Under the pieces are notes generated by a model that saw only the letters and a program-made list of their open reading frames with translations, had not been told where the DNA came from and searched no databases. The position numbers and the translations under genes are program-made. Below, piece by piece: positions 37,521 to 50,413 of a stretch of DNA of 64,000 nt. Source of the stretch: Callorhinchus milii (Eukaryota); NCBI RefSeq assembly GCF_018977255.1, contig NW_024704771.1, forward strand, positions 3,596,001-3,660,000, in the 5' to 3' direction. Position 1 is the stretch's first letter. Each line of letters starts with the position of its first letter.

Positions 37521-38393
37521 AAGGCTGAAGGCCCGACTGCCTGATGGTGAGGTGGTTAGTTGAGGGAGGGGAACATGAGCCCGTCTAGGAGACAAAATAT
37601 CAGGCGCGATGTGGAATAAATCCCATTTCTGTATGCTTGTGCGCAAGTCGCTATACAAAATAGCACATCTTAGTAATTTATTTGCTCAGCCAGGAGTCTG
37701 ACTCATGCGGAGAACGACCACCGTGCTTAGGAGTCTCCAAACCCAACTGAGAATTCCACACATCCCATCTACACATGGAAATTCCTGAGATACATTCTCT
37801 CTCTCTCTCTCTCTCTCCCTGGAGGGACACATCCTGCTTACCTGATCCTGGAAAGTGTTAGGCGCAGATTGGTAAGAGCCACGGCCTGGGGAGTGTGCGT
37901 TGGAGTAACTGCTGGAGTCTAAACAGCTAAAACCGCATAGTTTGCCATCTGTTAAGAGTTATGAGATATCTCACTGATGGGATCAAACGCAAGCGTTCTC
38001 CACGAACTGAATAGGGATTTAAAATATCCACAAATATATCGATAATAATAATAATCCTTGCATGTCATTGAGATGTCTCAAAGCACTTCACAGAGTATTT
38101 TGTAAAGTGGTTTGACCGTGTATTTTATGGTCAAAACACAGCAGTGTCCCATAAACAGTCGTGGATTGGGTGACCAAATATATATATATATATATTTTGG
38201 AGGGCTTATTACAGTTGGAAAGAGATCTGGCAACTGACTAATAACCAGATTTCTAGGCAAACAGAGCCATGCGGAGTGAAATATCTCATGTAAGGAAACT
38301 TGCCCAACAATTCGCCCTACCCGGGAATGGAACCCAGGTCTCTCGCTTGTGACCAAGTGCGCTAACCATTAAGCTATGGGACTCCGAGCTTAC

Positions 38394-38454
38394 CTTGTGA
38401 AGAGAAGGAAGCACTTGCAAGAATCACAAGGAGAAAAGTCCCAGGGATAGACAT
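38394..38454 (-). CDS. Gene B exon 1: signal peptide MSIPGTFLLVILASASFSSQ
   Basis: ATG 38454, hydrophobic core, CAAG|GTAAGC phase-1 donor, joins in frame to the V exon. Confidence 0.82.
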
Positions 38455-38558
38455 CAGAAAACCCCAATCAGGATGAGCTAATGCAGAGGGAATCTTTGCA
38501 GGTGGTAAGTCAGACTGAGTCCCTGGCAATAACTCAGTTCTTTTTTGCTTGAGTTGTT

Positions 38559-38565
38559 TTTTATA
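38559..38565 (-). promoter_or_regulatory. TATA box of gene B
   Basis: TATAAAA ~105 nt upstream of the ATG, with a GC box immediately upstream. Confidence 0.5.
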
Positions 38566-39902
38566 CTGTGGGCGGGGAAAGGGGAACTTGTCAGTATGTC
38601 TGACGCAACGCTCATTGAATATAAGGAAGCAGTTATTAGTTTAAATACTTCAGGAGTTTCCATGTTCCTCTCGGATCAGGGTGAAACCCTGATTCGTTGA
38701 GATTGACAGGAGAATTCTCCTGCCGTCAATAATAATAATCCTTGGACACAGCGCCTTATCACATCTTTGAAACATCTCAAAGAGCTTGACAGAATATACT
38801 GTAAAGGGAATTGACTGTATATTTTGTAGGCGAAACACAGCAGCCAATTTTGCACATGAGCTGGAGAGTTCCGGATGATCTGTGTGGAGTAAGGAAACCT
38901 GCCCAAGGGTTCTCCCTGCCGGCAATTGAACGCAGGTCTCTCATTTGCGAGGTGAGGTAGGCTATTATCACGGAGCTACAGGACTAAACAGTGTCATTCT
39001 TAGGGCACCAAATACATTTACTGGCAGCGGGTGTTTCCCAATCGCTGTGACTCATTTTGTGATGAGAATCACGTCCCCAAAATTAACCTCAATCGTCCTC
39101 TATTTAATCGTCACAAGTGAGCAGTCAGGATTCTCACAGTAGAAAGGCCCCCAGTGTCACAATAATAATCCTTGTAACCACTCACCCGTAGCACCTATTC
39201 ACAAGGTCTCAAGTCCAAAAGTCTCAAAGACTTCACTGGCTTTTTCCTGGGCTGCCACCCTGTGTGAGGAGAGCGATATAAATGTAAATTTTTTGGGGTA
39301 TTTGTAGAGAGATGTGGCCGGCAATTTACATTTATCAGGCGACTGTCAGCTGGGAGAAACTCTCCTTTATCCAAAAGTGCAGTGGGATCAGGTAGACACA
39401 ACCTCAGTTTAACATCTCATCCGAAGGACGGCACCTCTGACACCATTGCCAAGCCGTCGCGACGTCTCAAAGCGCTGCACGGAATATATTGTAAAGTGTA
39501 TTTTTGCAGGCGAAACGCGGGAGCCAACAGCGCACACACAGCAGCGTCCCCACAAACAGACTTGGATTGAGTGACCACGTTTTGTTTCGCCTCAGCTCCG
39601 AGCAGTTCCTCAAAAATGGCTCTTTAGCCTTAGTGCTGACTTGCTTTGCTAAGTTTCACCCTCAACCCATTGGAGGGTGATAATAATAATCATCCTTGGA
39701 TTTGATATAGCGCCTTCTCGCTTTGTAGTGACCATACATAGGATTAGTTACCCCCACACACTCACTGTGAGGAAACACCCTCACCTCCGCTCAGTGTCCC
39801 ACAAAACAGCCGTGGATCGAGGGATTACATTTTAATTTTTTGAAGGTAATAATACTTCAGAAAAGCAACCTACCAACTGACTAACAACTGGATTCCTAAT
39901 TA

Positions 39903-40156
39903 NNNNNNNNNNNNNNNNNNNNNNNNNNNNNNNNNNNNNNNNNNNNNNNNNNNNNNNNNNNNNNNNNNNNNNNNNNNNNNNNNNNNNNNNNNNNNNNNNN
40001 NNNNNNNNNNNNNNNNNNNNNNNNNNNNNNNNNNNNNNNNNNNNNNNNNNNNNNNNNNNNNNNNNNNNNNNNNNNNNNNNNNNNNNNNNNNNNNNNNNNN
40101 NNNNNNNNNNNNNNNNNNNNNNNNNNNNNNNNNNNNNNNNNNNNNNNNNNNNNNNG
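39903..40156. other. Assembly gap
   Basis: N run. Confidence 1.
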
Positions 40157-40482
40157 GCATGTGTGTATAGTGTGTGTGTGTGTGTGTGCATGTGCGTGCA
40201 TGTAGCAAGGAAGTTTTTCTGGGGTTTGGCCCTGCTGGGGAACACAGGTCCTCTCATTTGCGAGGCGAGCTCGGTGTGATAAAGCTCAAACAGAATGCGA
40301 CTGCTCTGTTTCTGCTTGAATTCGACTACTTTATTGCTGCAACAAAAATTGGTGGGAGAAAAATTCAAACTCGCTTCCCAAACACGTCATGATTTTCAAA
40401 CACTTTTCCTGCTTTGTACAGAGTAATGACCAAACCGAAGCTTACGGGGTCTTTCAGGTCAGGAATACCCCTCAATGCGCTT

Positions 40483-40520
<38 letters not shown>

Positions 40521-40644
40521 AGGAAGGAAGGAAGGAAGGGAGAAAGGAAGGAAGATAAAGCAGAGGGATGGAGTGAAGGAAATTTAGAGCAAGTTTGAAG
40601 TATAAAAGTGAAATAGCTTGAGATACTGAATGAATGTTAGAAGG

Positions 40645-40662
40645 TGTCGCTAGGTGGCAGTG
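40645..40662 (+). promoter_or_regulatory. Candidate CTCF site between genes A and B
   Basis: TGTCGCTAGGTGGCAGTG matches the CTCF core consensus with one mismatch. Confidence 0.5.
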
Positions 40663-41805
40663 CAAACCACCGCAGGAGATTGTCTTCAACGTATAACATT
40701 TATTCAGTGTTCCCGTCATTCACTCACATTATTTACAATCAATTGACCAACAGAGGCCGAGGAGTAAGAAAACTTGCCTAAGCTTCACCCCACCCGGGAA
40801 TCGAACCCAGGCCCTCTTGCTTGCGAGGCGAGGCGAGCGCTACAGGCTCCAAGTAATCATATAATAATAGTAATAATAATAATCCTTGCATTGGACATAG
40901 CGCTTTTCACGTCTTCTCGGCGTCTCAAAGCGCTTCACGGAAAAAACTGTAAAGTGAATTGATGTATACTTGTGGGTGAATTGCGCACAGCAGCGTCGCA
41001 CAAACGGCCGTGGATTGAAGTGACCAAGTTTTTACTGTTGTTTTTTTATTGAGGGATTATTATCAGGCGTGTGGAGTAAGGAAACTTGCCCAAGGTTTCA
41101 CTCTGCCGGGAATTGAACCCGGATTTCTCACTTGTGAGGCGAGGTATTAATTGCGCACCCCCGTGGCATATTATTAACTATTTGCACTGACGTCAACACA
41201 AAATACCAGGGAATGTTTTGCCCAATGAAAAATACATTGACTACAACTATTACACCACAAGCGCCATTTTAGCTGCGATATTTTGTTTTCAGTTGTTAAC
41301 AACAAATAGCTGCACAAGTAAAAGTCACGGTAAACCAGACTGAAGTTGCCGTTGTTGTTCCCATCAGGAACACTATGAGTCGACACACAGGAGTAATGGA
41401 CACAAATGAATTTGGAAAGTAACGTGGAACAATGCGATGGAAAACCGCTTCGGCAAAAAACAGCATCAGATCCGCCAATGACATGGCCACCAGATAGCGA
41501 GTGTTGCATTCGGAGAGACCGGATCACAATTAAAATAACATCTAACGTGATGGTGGGATAACAATGTAGATTTAATTGGACACGTGACGTGGAAACACGG
41601 ATGTTGGGATGTTGATGAAATCAAATCGTTTCCTAAAGAGAATTGGATGTCAACATTGAAGAACAGAGATCTCAGAGGTCAATGGAAAAAGCAAGCGATG
41701 GGGTTAGAGTGGAGAGGTCCAGTGTGGGTGGGGGCGGGGGGGTGAGCGAGCTCTATGGAGAGGAAAGAGCAGGGCTGTTGGAGCGCTTAACAGTGGGGAA
41801 GCCTG

Positions 41806-42800
41806 ACAACAACAACAACAACAAGATTTCATTTATAGAGCGCCTTTCACGTCGGGAGGACGTCCCAAGGCGCTGGACAGTTGGGTTGGGACCCGAGCAG
41901 GGGGAAATGGTCAGGGTGAGGGGAGGGGAGGGAAGGGAAGGGAGGGAGTGAGGTAGAGACTCGAGAGGGGAGCTGAAGGCACGGTTGAAGAGAAAGGTCT
42001 TGAGACCGGCCTTGAAGGAGGAAAGGGAGGAAGCGGCGAAGGCACTGGGGGATGGAGTTCCAGAGCCTCGGGGCTGAGAGGCTGAAGGCCACCCATGGTA
42101 GGGCGGTTGGGGCGGGGGGTGTGCAGCAGACTGGAGCCAGAGGAACGGAGGGTACGGGCAGGTAAGTAGGGGGATAGTAGGTCAGAGAGGTAGGAGGGAG
42201 CGGGCCGTGAATGGCCTTGTAGGTGAGGATGAAGTTCACCTGACGACAAGCCTGGGGGCGGGAGGAGGTGACGGGCAAAGAGGAAGGTCTTCAGCTATGA
42301 TCTAAATGAGAAGAAGGAGGGAGCGAGGTGGGAGAAATGAGGGAGAGAGTTCCAAAGTTTTGAGGTGTAGCGGCTGAAAGTGGGGCCACCAACGGTGGAG
42401 CAGAGGGGACGAGGAACAAGCAGGAGACCGGAGGCAGATGAGCGGAGGCAGCAGGTAGTGGAGGTGGTGAGAAAGCAGGTCGGAGAGCTAGGAAGGTGCC
42501 AGGGCGTGAAGGAATTTGTAGACGAGTGAGAGGATCTTGAAAGCAAGAGAGCACTGCGTGGATCAAAATAGCTCCTTCTGCTCTCAAAGTTCAATAAGAC
42601 ACCATCCCAGAGCGATTGACAGTGGGAAAGCACGAGCCGGGGTGGGGTGGGGGGGGGGGGAAGAGGGGAGATAACCGTAGGCACGGATAAAGTGGAAGGT
42701 CTTCAGGCGCCAAGTGGAGATGGGGAAGGAAGTTGGACAGATAGAGGAGGAGTGTTCTAGAGTTTCGGGGCATGGAGGCTGAAAGCGTGGCCACCGTTGG
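41806..42800 (-). mobile_element. Two adjacent L2 3' fragments
   Basis: FILTYKAIHG, PARTLRSSGS, LKTFLF..AF-type motifs; CAA-repeat tail at 41806. Confidence 0.85.
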
Positions 42801-43006
42801 TGGAGTAAAGGTGTAATCTCAGATACAGTGAAATCCCATGTGCATAAATGGAGCAAATAAAGTCCCCAAACAAATAAGGTCCGTGGCGGAGTCAATGGTG
42901 AAAGTGTGCTGATCCTCCCTGACTACCTGACTCTCCGCTTGTGCTTCTCTAGGTTGCACAGGTCCCTGTTTGTGGTCGGGCTGCACAGCGAACGGTTTCT
43001 GCCCAC

Positions 43007-43026
43007 CTGGTTTTCATAAATCGCAT
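43007..43026 (-). CDS. Gene A cytoplasmic mini-exon (DAIYENQ)
   Basis: Strong polypyrimidine acceptor ctgttgctctgttctag; CAG|GTGGGC donor (alternative donor near 42926). Confidence 0.6.
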
Positions 43027-43487
43027 CTAGAACAGAGCAACAGAGGAAATAAGAATAACAGGAACGATACGAGTGACAGCAATGACAACAACAACAACAA
43101 CAATAATACTAATCCTTGCATTTGATATAGCGCCTTGTTGTGCCATCAAAACATCTCCAAAGCGCTTCACAGAATATATTGTAAAGTCGATTGACTGTAT
43201 TTTGTGGGGGGGAAACGTGGCAGCCAATCGTGCACAGCAGCGTCCCACAAACAGTCGTGGACTGAGTGACCAAATTATTATTTGTTTGAAAGGACTATTA
43301 GCCATGGAAAACGACTGACAACCAGGTTCCTATGGAGGCTCAGGAAACCAACCCGGGTCCGCTTGCTTGCAAGGCAAGAGCTCTAACCACAATGTTACTG
43401 GACTCCAGATGGGGTCGGGTGGAGCGGTGACCAAGTGGTCTTACCATTTACAAGGAGAGACAGGGAGGTAGATGACTATCGTCTTAC

Positions 43488-43625
43488 CCTTGTTATTGTA
43501 GCCTTGCTCAACTCGTTTCTTCAACCATTTGCAGGTGAAAAAGATCAGGAGAATGTAGCCCAGATACCCAGGAAATCCAGCATATCCAAAATACTCATAA
43601 TCCATCTGTGCTGGACTGGTTGTAC
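43488..43625 (-). CDS. Gene A transmembrane exon (RTTSPAQMDYEYFGYAGFPGYLGYILLIFFTCKWLKKRVEQGYNNK)
   Basis: ttctcattcag acceptor, G|GTAAGA donor, 138 nt, phase 1-1, basic stop-transfer KWLKKR. Confidence 0.8.
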
Positions 43626-46600
43626 CTGAATGAGAATGGGAGAAGGAGGGATAACATTGAGGGTTGTCAAACCTTGTGCCTGTAGATTCCACCCGCACTG
43701 TTTGCCCTCTGATTCCCTGCACCCATGTGATCATCGTTCATGTAACATCCCGTGCCATGACCCGCTCTGCCTTCCCCCAACACTGCAATATTGCCCGGCT
43801 CACTGCCTCTCCCCTCAGGCCGCTGAGACCCTCATCCATGCACACGTCTCAAGATCCTCCTCTTCGACCGCACCTTTGGCCACCCTCCTACCTCTATCCT
43901 CCCCGCCCTCCACCCCTCCTGATGCCAACCCCCAGCTTGGGTCCCAATCCCTGACTGTCCATCGCCTTGGGACGACCTCCCGACATGACAGGCGCTGTGT
44001 ACATGCTCGTGGAGTCCTGTAGCTCAGTGGTTAGGGCAATCGCCTCAATTCCCAGCAGGTCAGGGCGAAACCTTGGGTAAGTTTCCTTACTCCACACGCC
44101 TGATAATAATCCCTCAAGAAAAAAAACAATTTAGTCACTCATTCCAAGGCTGTTTGTGACGCTGATGTGTGCAAGTGGCTGCCATGTTTCGCCCACAAAT
44201 ATACAGTCAATTCACTTTTCAATGTATTCTGTGAGGAGATTGAGACGTTTAGAAGACATGAATAGCACTACATCAAATACAAGAGTTATTATTATTATTA
44301 TTAAATGTAGTGCGTTGGTATTGTTGTGACAACCTTGGTGCAACAACAACAACTTGCATTTATACAGTGCCCCTCACTCAGGGTTGTGTCCTGAAGAGCT
44401 TGACATTGGTGCAGCGCAACACTGAGCCGAGAGAGGTGACCATAAACATGGTCGAAGAGGAAGGTCTTCAGGCATGACCTGAAGATGGGGATGGAGGGGA
44501 CAAGCTGGAGGGATTGGGGGAGAGTGTGGCAGAGTTTTGGGGGTTAGTGGCTGAAAGGTGGAATTCTGTAGCTCAGTGATTAGAGCACTCGCTTTACAAG
44601 CAAGAGACCTGGGTTCAATTCCCGGCAGGTCAGGGTGAAACCTTGGGTAAGTTTCCTTACTCCGCACACACACGCCTGGTAATAATCCCTCAAGAAAAAA
44701 AACAATAAATTGGTCATTTCAATCCACGACTGTTTGTGGGACGCTGCCGTGCGCAATTGGCCGCCGCGTTTCACCCACAAATAGACAGTCAATTCACTTT
44801 ACAGTCTATTCTGTGAATCGCTCTGTGACGTCTAGAAGATGTGAAAAGTGCTATATCATATGCCAGGATTATTATTTATTATTATTAAAGCGCGGCCACT
44901 AAGGGTGGAACAGAGGGCACAAAACCAGAGCGGAGGCAGCAGGTAGTGAGTTGGTGGGGGGGTGGGGTAAGCCGGTTGGAGAGATAGACGAGTGAGAGGA
45001 TCTTGAAATCGATCTATTCAGTGATAGGGAATCTGTGGAACCTGACGAGGACTCGGGTGATGGGGCTACGGAGTGTAGTGCGAGAGTAAGTTGGCGGCAG
45101 TTTGGGATTAACTGTTAAGTGGACGGTGGAGCTGGGGAGAGGGCATTTGAGTAGTAAGATGGCATCCTGGATTAGATGAAGTGGAAAGAGATGACTCAAA
45201 TAGGTCAAAGTGTGGGCCAAATTCATCCGAACCTCTCTCATAAGGTCTTCTAAGTATTTTGACACCACTGGAAGGAAAGATATTCCTTGAACCACCGAAT
45301 GCTTTAGAAATTAGGTGACTTCCTGTCCCTTAAACTGTGTTGTTTCACAGGACTTTGTGTTAGGGGCATATACTGTAAACAGGAAAGCTATACGTAATGC
45401 TAAACTCTGAGGTTTGTGTATGACACTGGTGGGAGGATATCAGTAAAGATGTACATTATGCTATCAAGTACCCACCTCAGCCCCAACCTCACCGATAATT
45501 AATTTACTCCTTCCAAATGGGTTGAGGGTGAGATTCTGCACAGTGAGTCACTGCTCTGGTTAAAGAGCGTAGGAGAGTGAGTCAACACAAGTCGAGAGAC
45601 CAAACTCAACGCTCAAAAAGTCTCGAAAAACTGAATGTGGGAAGAATAATAATCCTTGCATTTAATGCAGCGCCTTATTACATCGTGGAGACGTCTCAAA
45701 GCGCATCACAGAATATACTGTAAAGTGAATTGTTGGGTACTTTGTGGGCAAAATGCAGCAGCCAATTGCAAACAGCAGCGTCCCACAAACAATGAGCGAA
45801 TGACTGTTCATTCGGGGGATTGTTGGCCGGGACACCGGGAGCGAGAAACTCCCTTCTCTTTTTGAATAGCGCCGCAGGATCTTCAACATTCACCCAAACA
45901 GCCACCGACAGGACCTCGGTTAAACACCTCATCCGAAGGCTTGTGTTTGGAGACGAGAAGCTCAGGGCACCCAAGTCTGTTGAGTTTTTGAAAGGCTAAA
46001 GGTGGGAACTATTGTGAGTGCAGAGTATTAGAGATATCAGGATAGGTAAAGATTGAGGTATATAGGGAACAGAGGGATAAATACGGATTGAGACATATTA
46101 CAATAATCCTTGCATTTGATATAGCGCCTTATCCCGTCATTGAGATATCCCAAAGCACTTCACAGAATGTACTGTGGAGTGCAGTGACTGTGTGTTTTGT
46201 GGGCAAAACCTGGCAGCCAACTGAGCACAGCAGTGTCCCACAATCGTGGATTTTTTTTTACCGCCATAAAGCGATCTACCAATCGCCTAACAACCGTGTT
46301 CCTACTTACTGCCAGGTAAACAGAGGTGTGAGTGTGTGTGTGCGGAGTAAGGAAACTTGCCTAAGGTTTTGCCCTGCCCAGGAATTGAACCCGGGTCTTC
46401 TCACGAGCGAAGTGAGCGGTCTAACTAGTTCACTAAAAGCATGAGTCAAAGCAACCTCGAGCTCAGTCAACCACTCAGATCGCGTTCTCAGACCGGAAAA
46501 ATGGACAATCTTATTTAATCTTTACATTCTATATGTCAGGAGGACATCTGAAAGCACTTTCACAGGAATTACGTTTAAAGTGCAGTGACTGTGTATTTTG

Positions 46601-48099
46601 TAGGTAAACCAGCGGCCAATTTGTGCACCATAGTGTCCTACAAATAGGGATGGAGTGAATGACCAATTTTTTAATCTGCAGGATTGTTGGCCAGGACACT
46701 GGGAGAAACCTTCTTTAATGTCTCATCCAAAGAACTCATGTCTGACAATGCAGAACTCCTCTCAGCTGAAGTGTAATCGTGATGTAGTACAGGACCAACT
46801 TCTCAATGTGTGAATACAACAACAACAAATGACATTTACGACACCTTTCACGTCAAGAGGACGTCCCAAGGCGCTGGCCGGTCAGGGATGTGGACCTGAG
46901 CTGGTGGTTGGTGTCAGGAAGGGTGGAGGGGGAGAGGGTAGGGGAAGGAGAGTGAATGAATGCACGGTTGAAGAGGAGGGTCTTGAGACAGGTCTCAAGA
47001 AAGGAGGCGAGGAATCCAACTACAAGCAGCAGAGCAAGCAGAGACAAGTGAACTTTTTGAAGGCTATTTTAAGAGAGGAAAGTTAAGAGCATTCGGTTTA
47101 GAAAAATAAGAAAGATCTTGAGATTGAAGTGGGTGGATAGGACAGGCAGAAGCAATATAGCAGCCCAGAGAGAAACATGTCACAGAAACCACAATCTTAT
47201 TCAAGCGAATATAACAAAGCAAAGAGGCAATAAGCATTCTAACCAAACACATTCCTTCCATTGCCCACACAAACCCACCCTCTCATAAACATCACCCACC
47301 CACTGAAACCGCTGGGGAAACATCTACATAACAGCGGTGTGGGTGAACCTAACAGGTTTGGAGGGCAGACAAAGATAATTCTTGTCCTATTCCTATATTC
47401 CACCCAATACCTTTCAGTCTGTAGTTATTCCTATTATCTCCCCCGGTGAATCCTGCAGCGTAGTGGGTTTTTGAGACTCTCTCATCTCAAACTGCTTCAC
47501 TGAATGCACTGTAAAGTGGAGCGACTGTGTATTTTGTGGGCGAAACGCCACAAACAGTCATAGATTGAGTGACCACATGTTTTTTTTGAAGGGTTTATTA
47601 ACCCCAGAAAATCGATCCGCCAATTGACTAACAACTTTGTTCAATTACCGGGCAGGGAGGAATCTGAGGCAAGTTTCCTTACTCCACCCACCTCTGTTTA
47701 GCCAGGGGTAAGTAGGAACCCTGTTGCTAGTTGATTGCGGATCACTTTACGGGGGTAATAACCCTTCAAAAGTTAATAATAAATGACTCACTCAATCATA
47801 AACAATCTATGACTGTTTGTGGAACACCGCTGTGCGCAATTGGCTGCCGCGCTTCGCCCACCAGACCCACAGTCACTACACTGTACAGGAAATTCAGTGA
47901 AGCGCGCTTTGAGAGGCCTCAATGATGGGATAAGGCGCTGTATCAAATGCAAGGATTATTATTATCGCCACTGCTTGCTAAACAAACGCGTGGCGTAAGG
48001 AAACTTGCCTAAGGTTTCGTCCCGGCCGGGAGTCGAACCCAGGTCCTCTCGCTTGCGGGTCGAGCACTCTAACCGCTGCGCTATGGACTCCGTACTTAC

Positions 48100-48393
48100 G
48101 GCACAGCTGCACAACCAGCTCGGTGTGTTTCCGGCTGATCAGGTTCTCTGCGGCACAGGTATAGGTCCCGACATGTGACTCCTGGATTCCCACCACCGTC
48201 AGTGTCCTGTTGTCGTCAGACAGCCTGTAGTCCGTCCCCTGGGACAGAGGCAGGTCACACCTCCACCAGGTGTAGATCACGCGATTGCCTTGTGGTGAAG
48301 TGCAGTGTAGTGTCACGTTGTCCCCAACCAGAGGCACCTCCGGGACCATCTCAACTTGTGGAATCGCCACCAGCACTGGGGGTGAGAAAACAT
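48100..48393 (-). CDS. Gene A Ig C2-type domain exon
   Basis: GDNVTLHC..YTWWR..DNRTLTV..VGTYTCAAEN; 294 nt, phase 1-1, GTAAGT donor. Confidence 0.92.
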
Positions 48394-48439
48394 CTGTATT
48401 ACTATTTTAGTACAAATTGATGGTGTCCAATTTTCTTTT

Positions 48440-48890
48440 CTATACACACACACATAAAACACACGCAACACATACGCGCGCGCACGCCCACACCCGCATA
48501 CAACAAGCACACACACAGACACACACACGCACACATACACACAGATACTCATGCGCAACACACGCACCCGCACACAGGTACGCGCACAGCACCCAACACA
48601 GAAAGGGGTGCGCACATTTCAAACGCACACGCGCACCCGGGCACACGCACAAATACACACACAACACACGCCACACGCGCATGCACTTGGACGCATACAC
48701 ACACACACACACACACATACATACACGCACACCCGGACACACACACATACATACATAGACACGCGTGTGTGCATACACACACACACAGATAGAAATATAC
48801 AACACACACCCAAGCACACACATACAGACATACACATACCCACACATACACACACAGATTCACAGATATACACACACGCATATGTGCTGT
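48440..48890. repeat. (CA)n-rich degenerate microsatellite
   Basis: Visible. Confidence 0.9.
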
Positions 48891-49506
48891 AGAGAGTCAG
48901 GAGAAAGAACCCCGGTTGGTTCTTCTCTCTTATTACCAGCAGTAAGTAGAATTCATTTGTGAGACGATTGTGGTCACTCAATCCACGACTGTTTGTGGGA
49001 CACTACTCTGCACAATTGTCTGCCACGAAATACAGTCACTTCACTTTACAGTATATCCTGTGAAGCGCTTTGAGACGTCTTGAAGACGTGATGAGGCCCT
49101 ATATCAAATGCAAGGCTTATTATCATTATCATTATCTCCTAACCTCAAAAAGCTCTCATTTGGGTGTAACAAACGGAGCGTATCTCACCCTTAACCAAAG
49201 CCCCAGTGAAGTACTGCATTCGGTCAAACTCACCCAACAGCGGAAACGATAAACTTTGAAAACACTGGCAAAGGCGACGGCAATAAGCCCTCCACACAAA
49301 AAAAAATGGTCACCCAATCCACGACTGCTCATGGGACACCGCTGTGCACAATTGGCGCAAACTTTGCCCGCAAAATTTGGCTCCGATTCTGCGAAGCGCT
49401 TTGCGACGTCTCGACCATGTGAAAAGGCGCGCTATCTCAAATGCAAGGATCATCATTCTGCATCATTATCATCATCATTATTTTATTATGACCGAAATCC
49501 ACTTAC

Positions 49507-49854
49507 CGTTCACAGTGAGAAGGACCGAGGATTTATACGGCTTCCCGTCGGTTGCCTTTATCTCAAGCTCATAAACCCCTTCGTCTGACCTCTGTAAGTT
49601 AGAGAGGGTCAGTTCCGCGCTGGAGTTGCAGAAAGTCACCCTGGATTTAAACGGCTCTACTATAAAGGGGGCCTGGGAGCTGGGAGAATAGGTGAGGATT
49701 GTGGTCTTGGTTCTGTTAGGTTTGGAGACGTGCCACTCCACATTGAACACACTGTCTGCCCCATCAATCCTATGCCACAGAGGCAGACGCACTGTTTCAT
49801 TAACGGTCCCGTGCACCACTTTCGTTCGATCATCGGCTAGAGCTATCCATTCCC
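49507..49854 (-). CDS. Gene A Ig V-type domain exon (HEPACAM-like)
   Basis: VVHGTVNETVRLP..VEW..FKSRVTF..LTLSNLQRSDEGVYELEI..LLTVN; 348 nt, phase 1-1. Confidence 0.92.
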
Positions 49855-50086
49855 CTACAAAAAGAGATGATGCATACAACTGCATTTAGAGTCACGTGGA
49901 GTCATTTACAATAATAATAATAATAATCCATGCATTTGCTACAGCGCCTCGTCGAGTCGTTGAGAGCCGTCTCAAAGCGCTTCACAGGATATATTGTAAA
50001 GTGGATTGACTGTATAATAATAATCCTTGCATTTGATTATGGCATCCCAACATACCAATACTGTAAGTGAGTTGACTTGTATATTT

Positions 50087-50413
50087 TAATAATAATAATA
50101 ATAATAATCCTTGCATTTGATATAGCGCTTTTCACGTCGGGAGGACGTCCCAAAGCGCTTCACAGAACACACTGTAAAGTGAATTGACTGTATATTTGTG
50201 GGCGAACGCGGCAGCCAATTGCGCACAGCAATGTCCCACAAACAGTCGGAGATTGAAAATGACCATTTTATTATTGTTTTTGGTTTTGGAGGGATTATTA
50301 TTAGGCTCTGTGTGGAGTAAGGAAACTTGGCCAAGGTTTCGCCCTCTGCCTGGAATTGAACTCAGGTCTCTCACTTGCAAAGCGAGTGCTCTAACCACTG
50401 AGCTACAGGACTC
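50087..50413 (-). mobile_element. Young tRNA-derived SINE
   Basis: Full length, near-consensus. Confidence 0.9.

Noticed and set aside
41174-41527. Candidate last exon of gene A (SLVYRDF..SYLLL)
   Set aside because: Requires the alternative 42926 donor; motifs are not canonical ITIMs; unsupported
45300-45430. HK.......IAFL spacing similar to gene B TM1, and a possible alternative terminal exon
   Set aside because: Wrong phase, hydrophilic interior, no donor; likely coincidence
46960-47080. LQKVHLSLLALLLVVGFL after a good acceptor in the gene A intron
   Set aside because: Phase-1 reading hits a stop, and the hydrophobic frame merges into an L2 fragment
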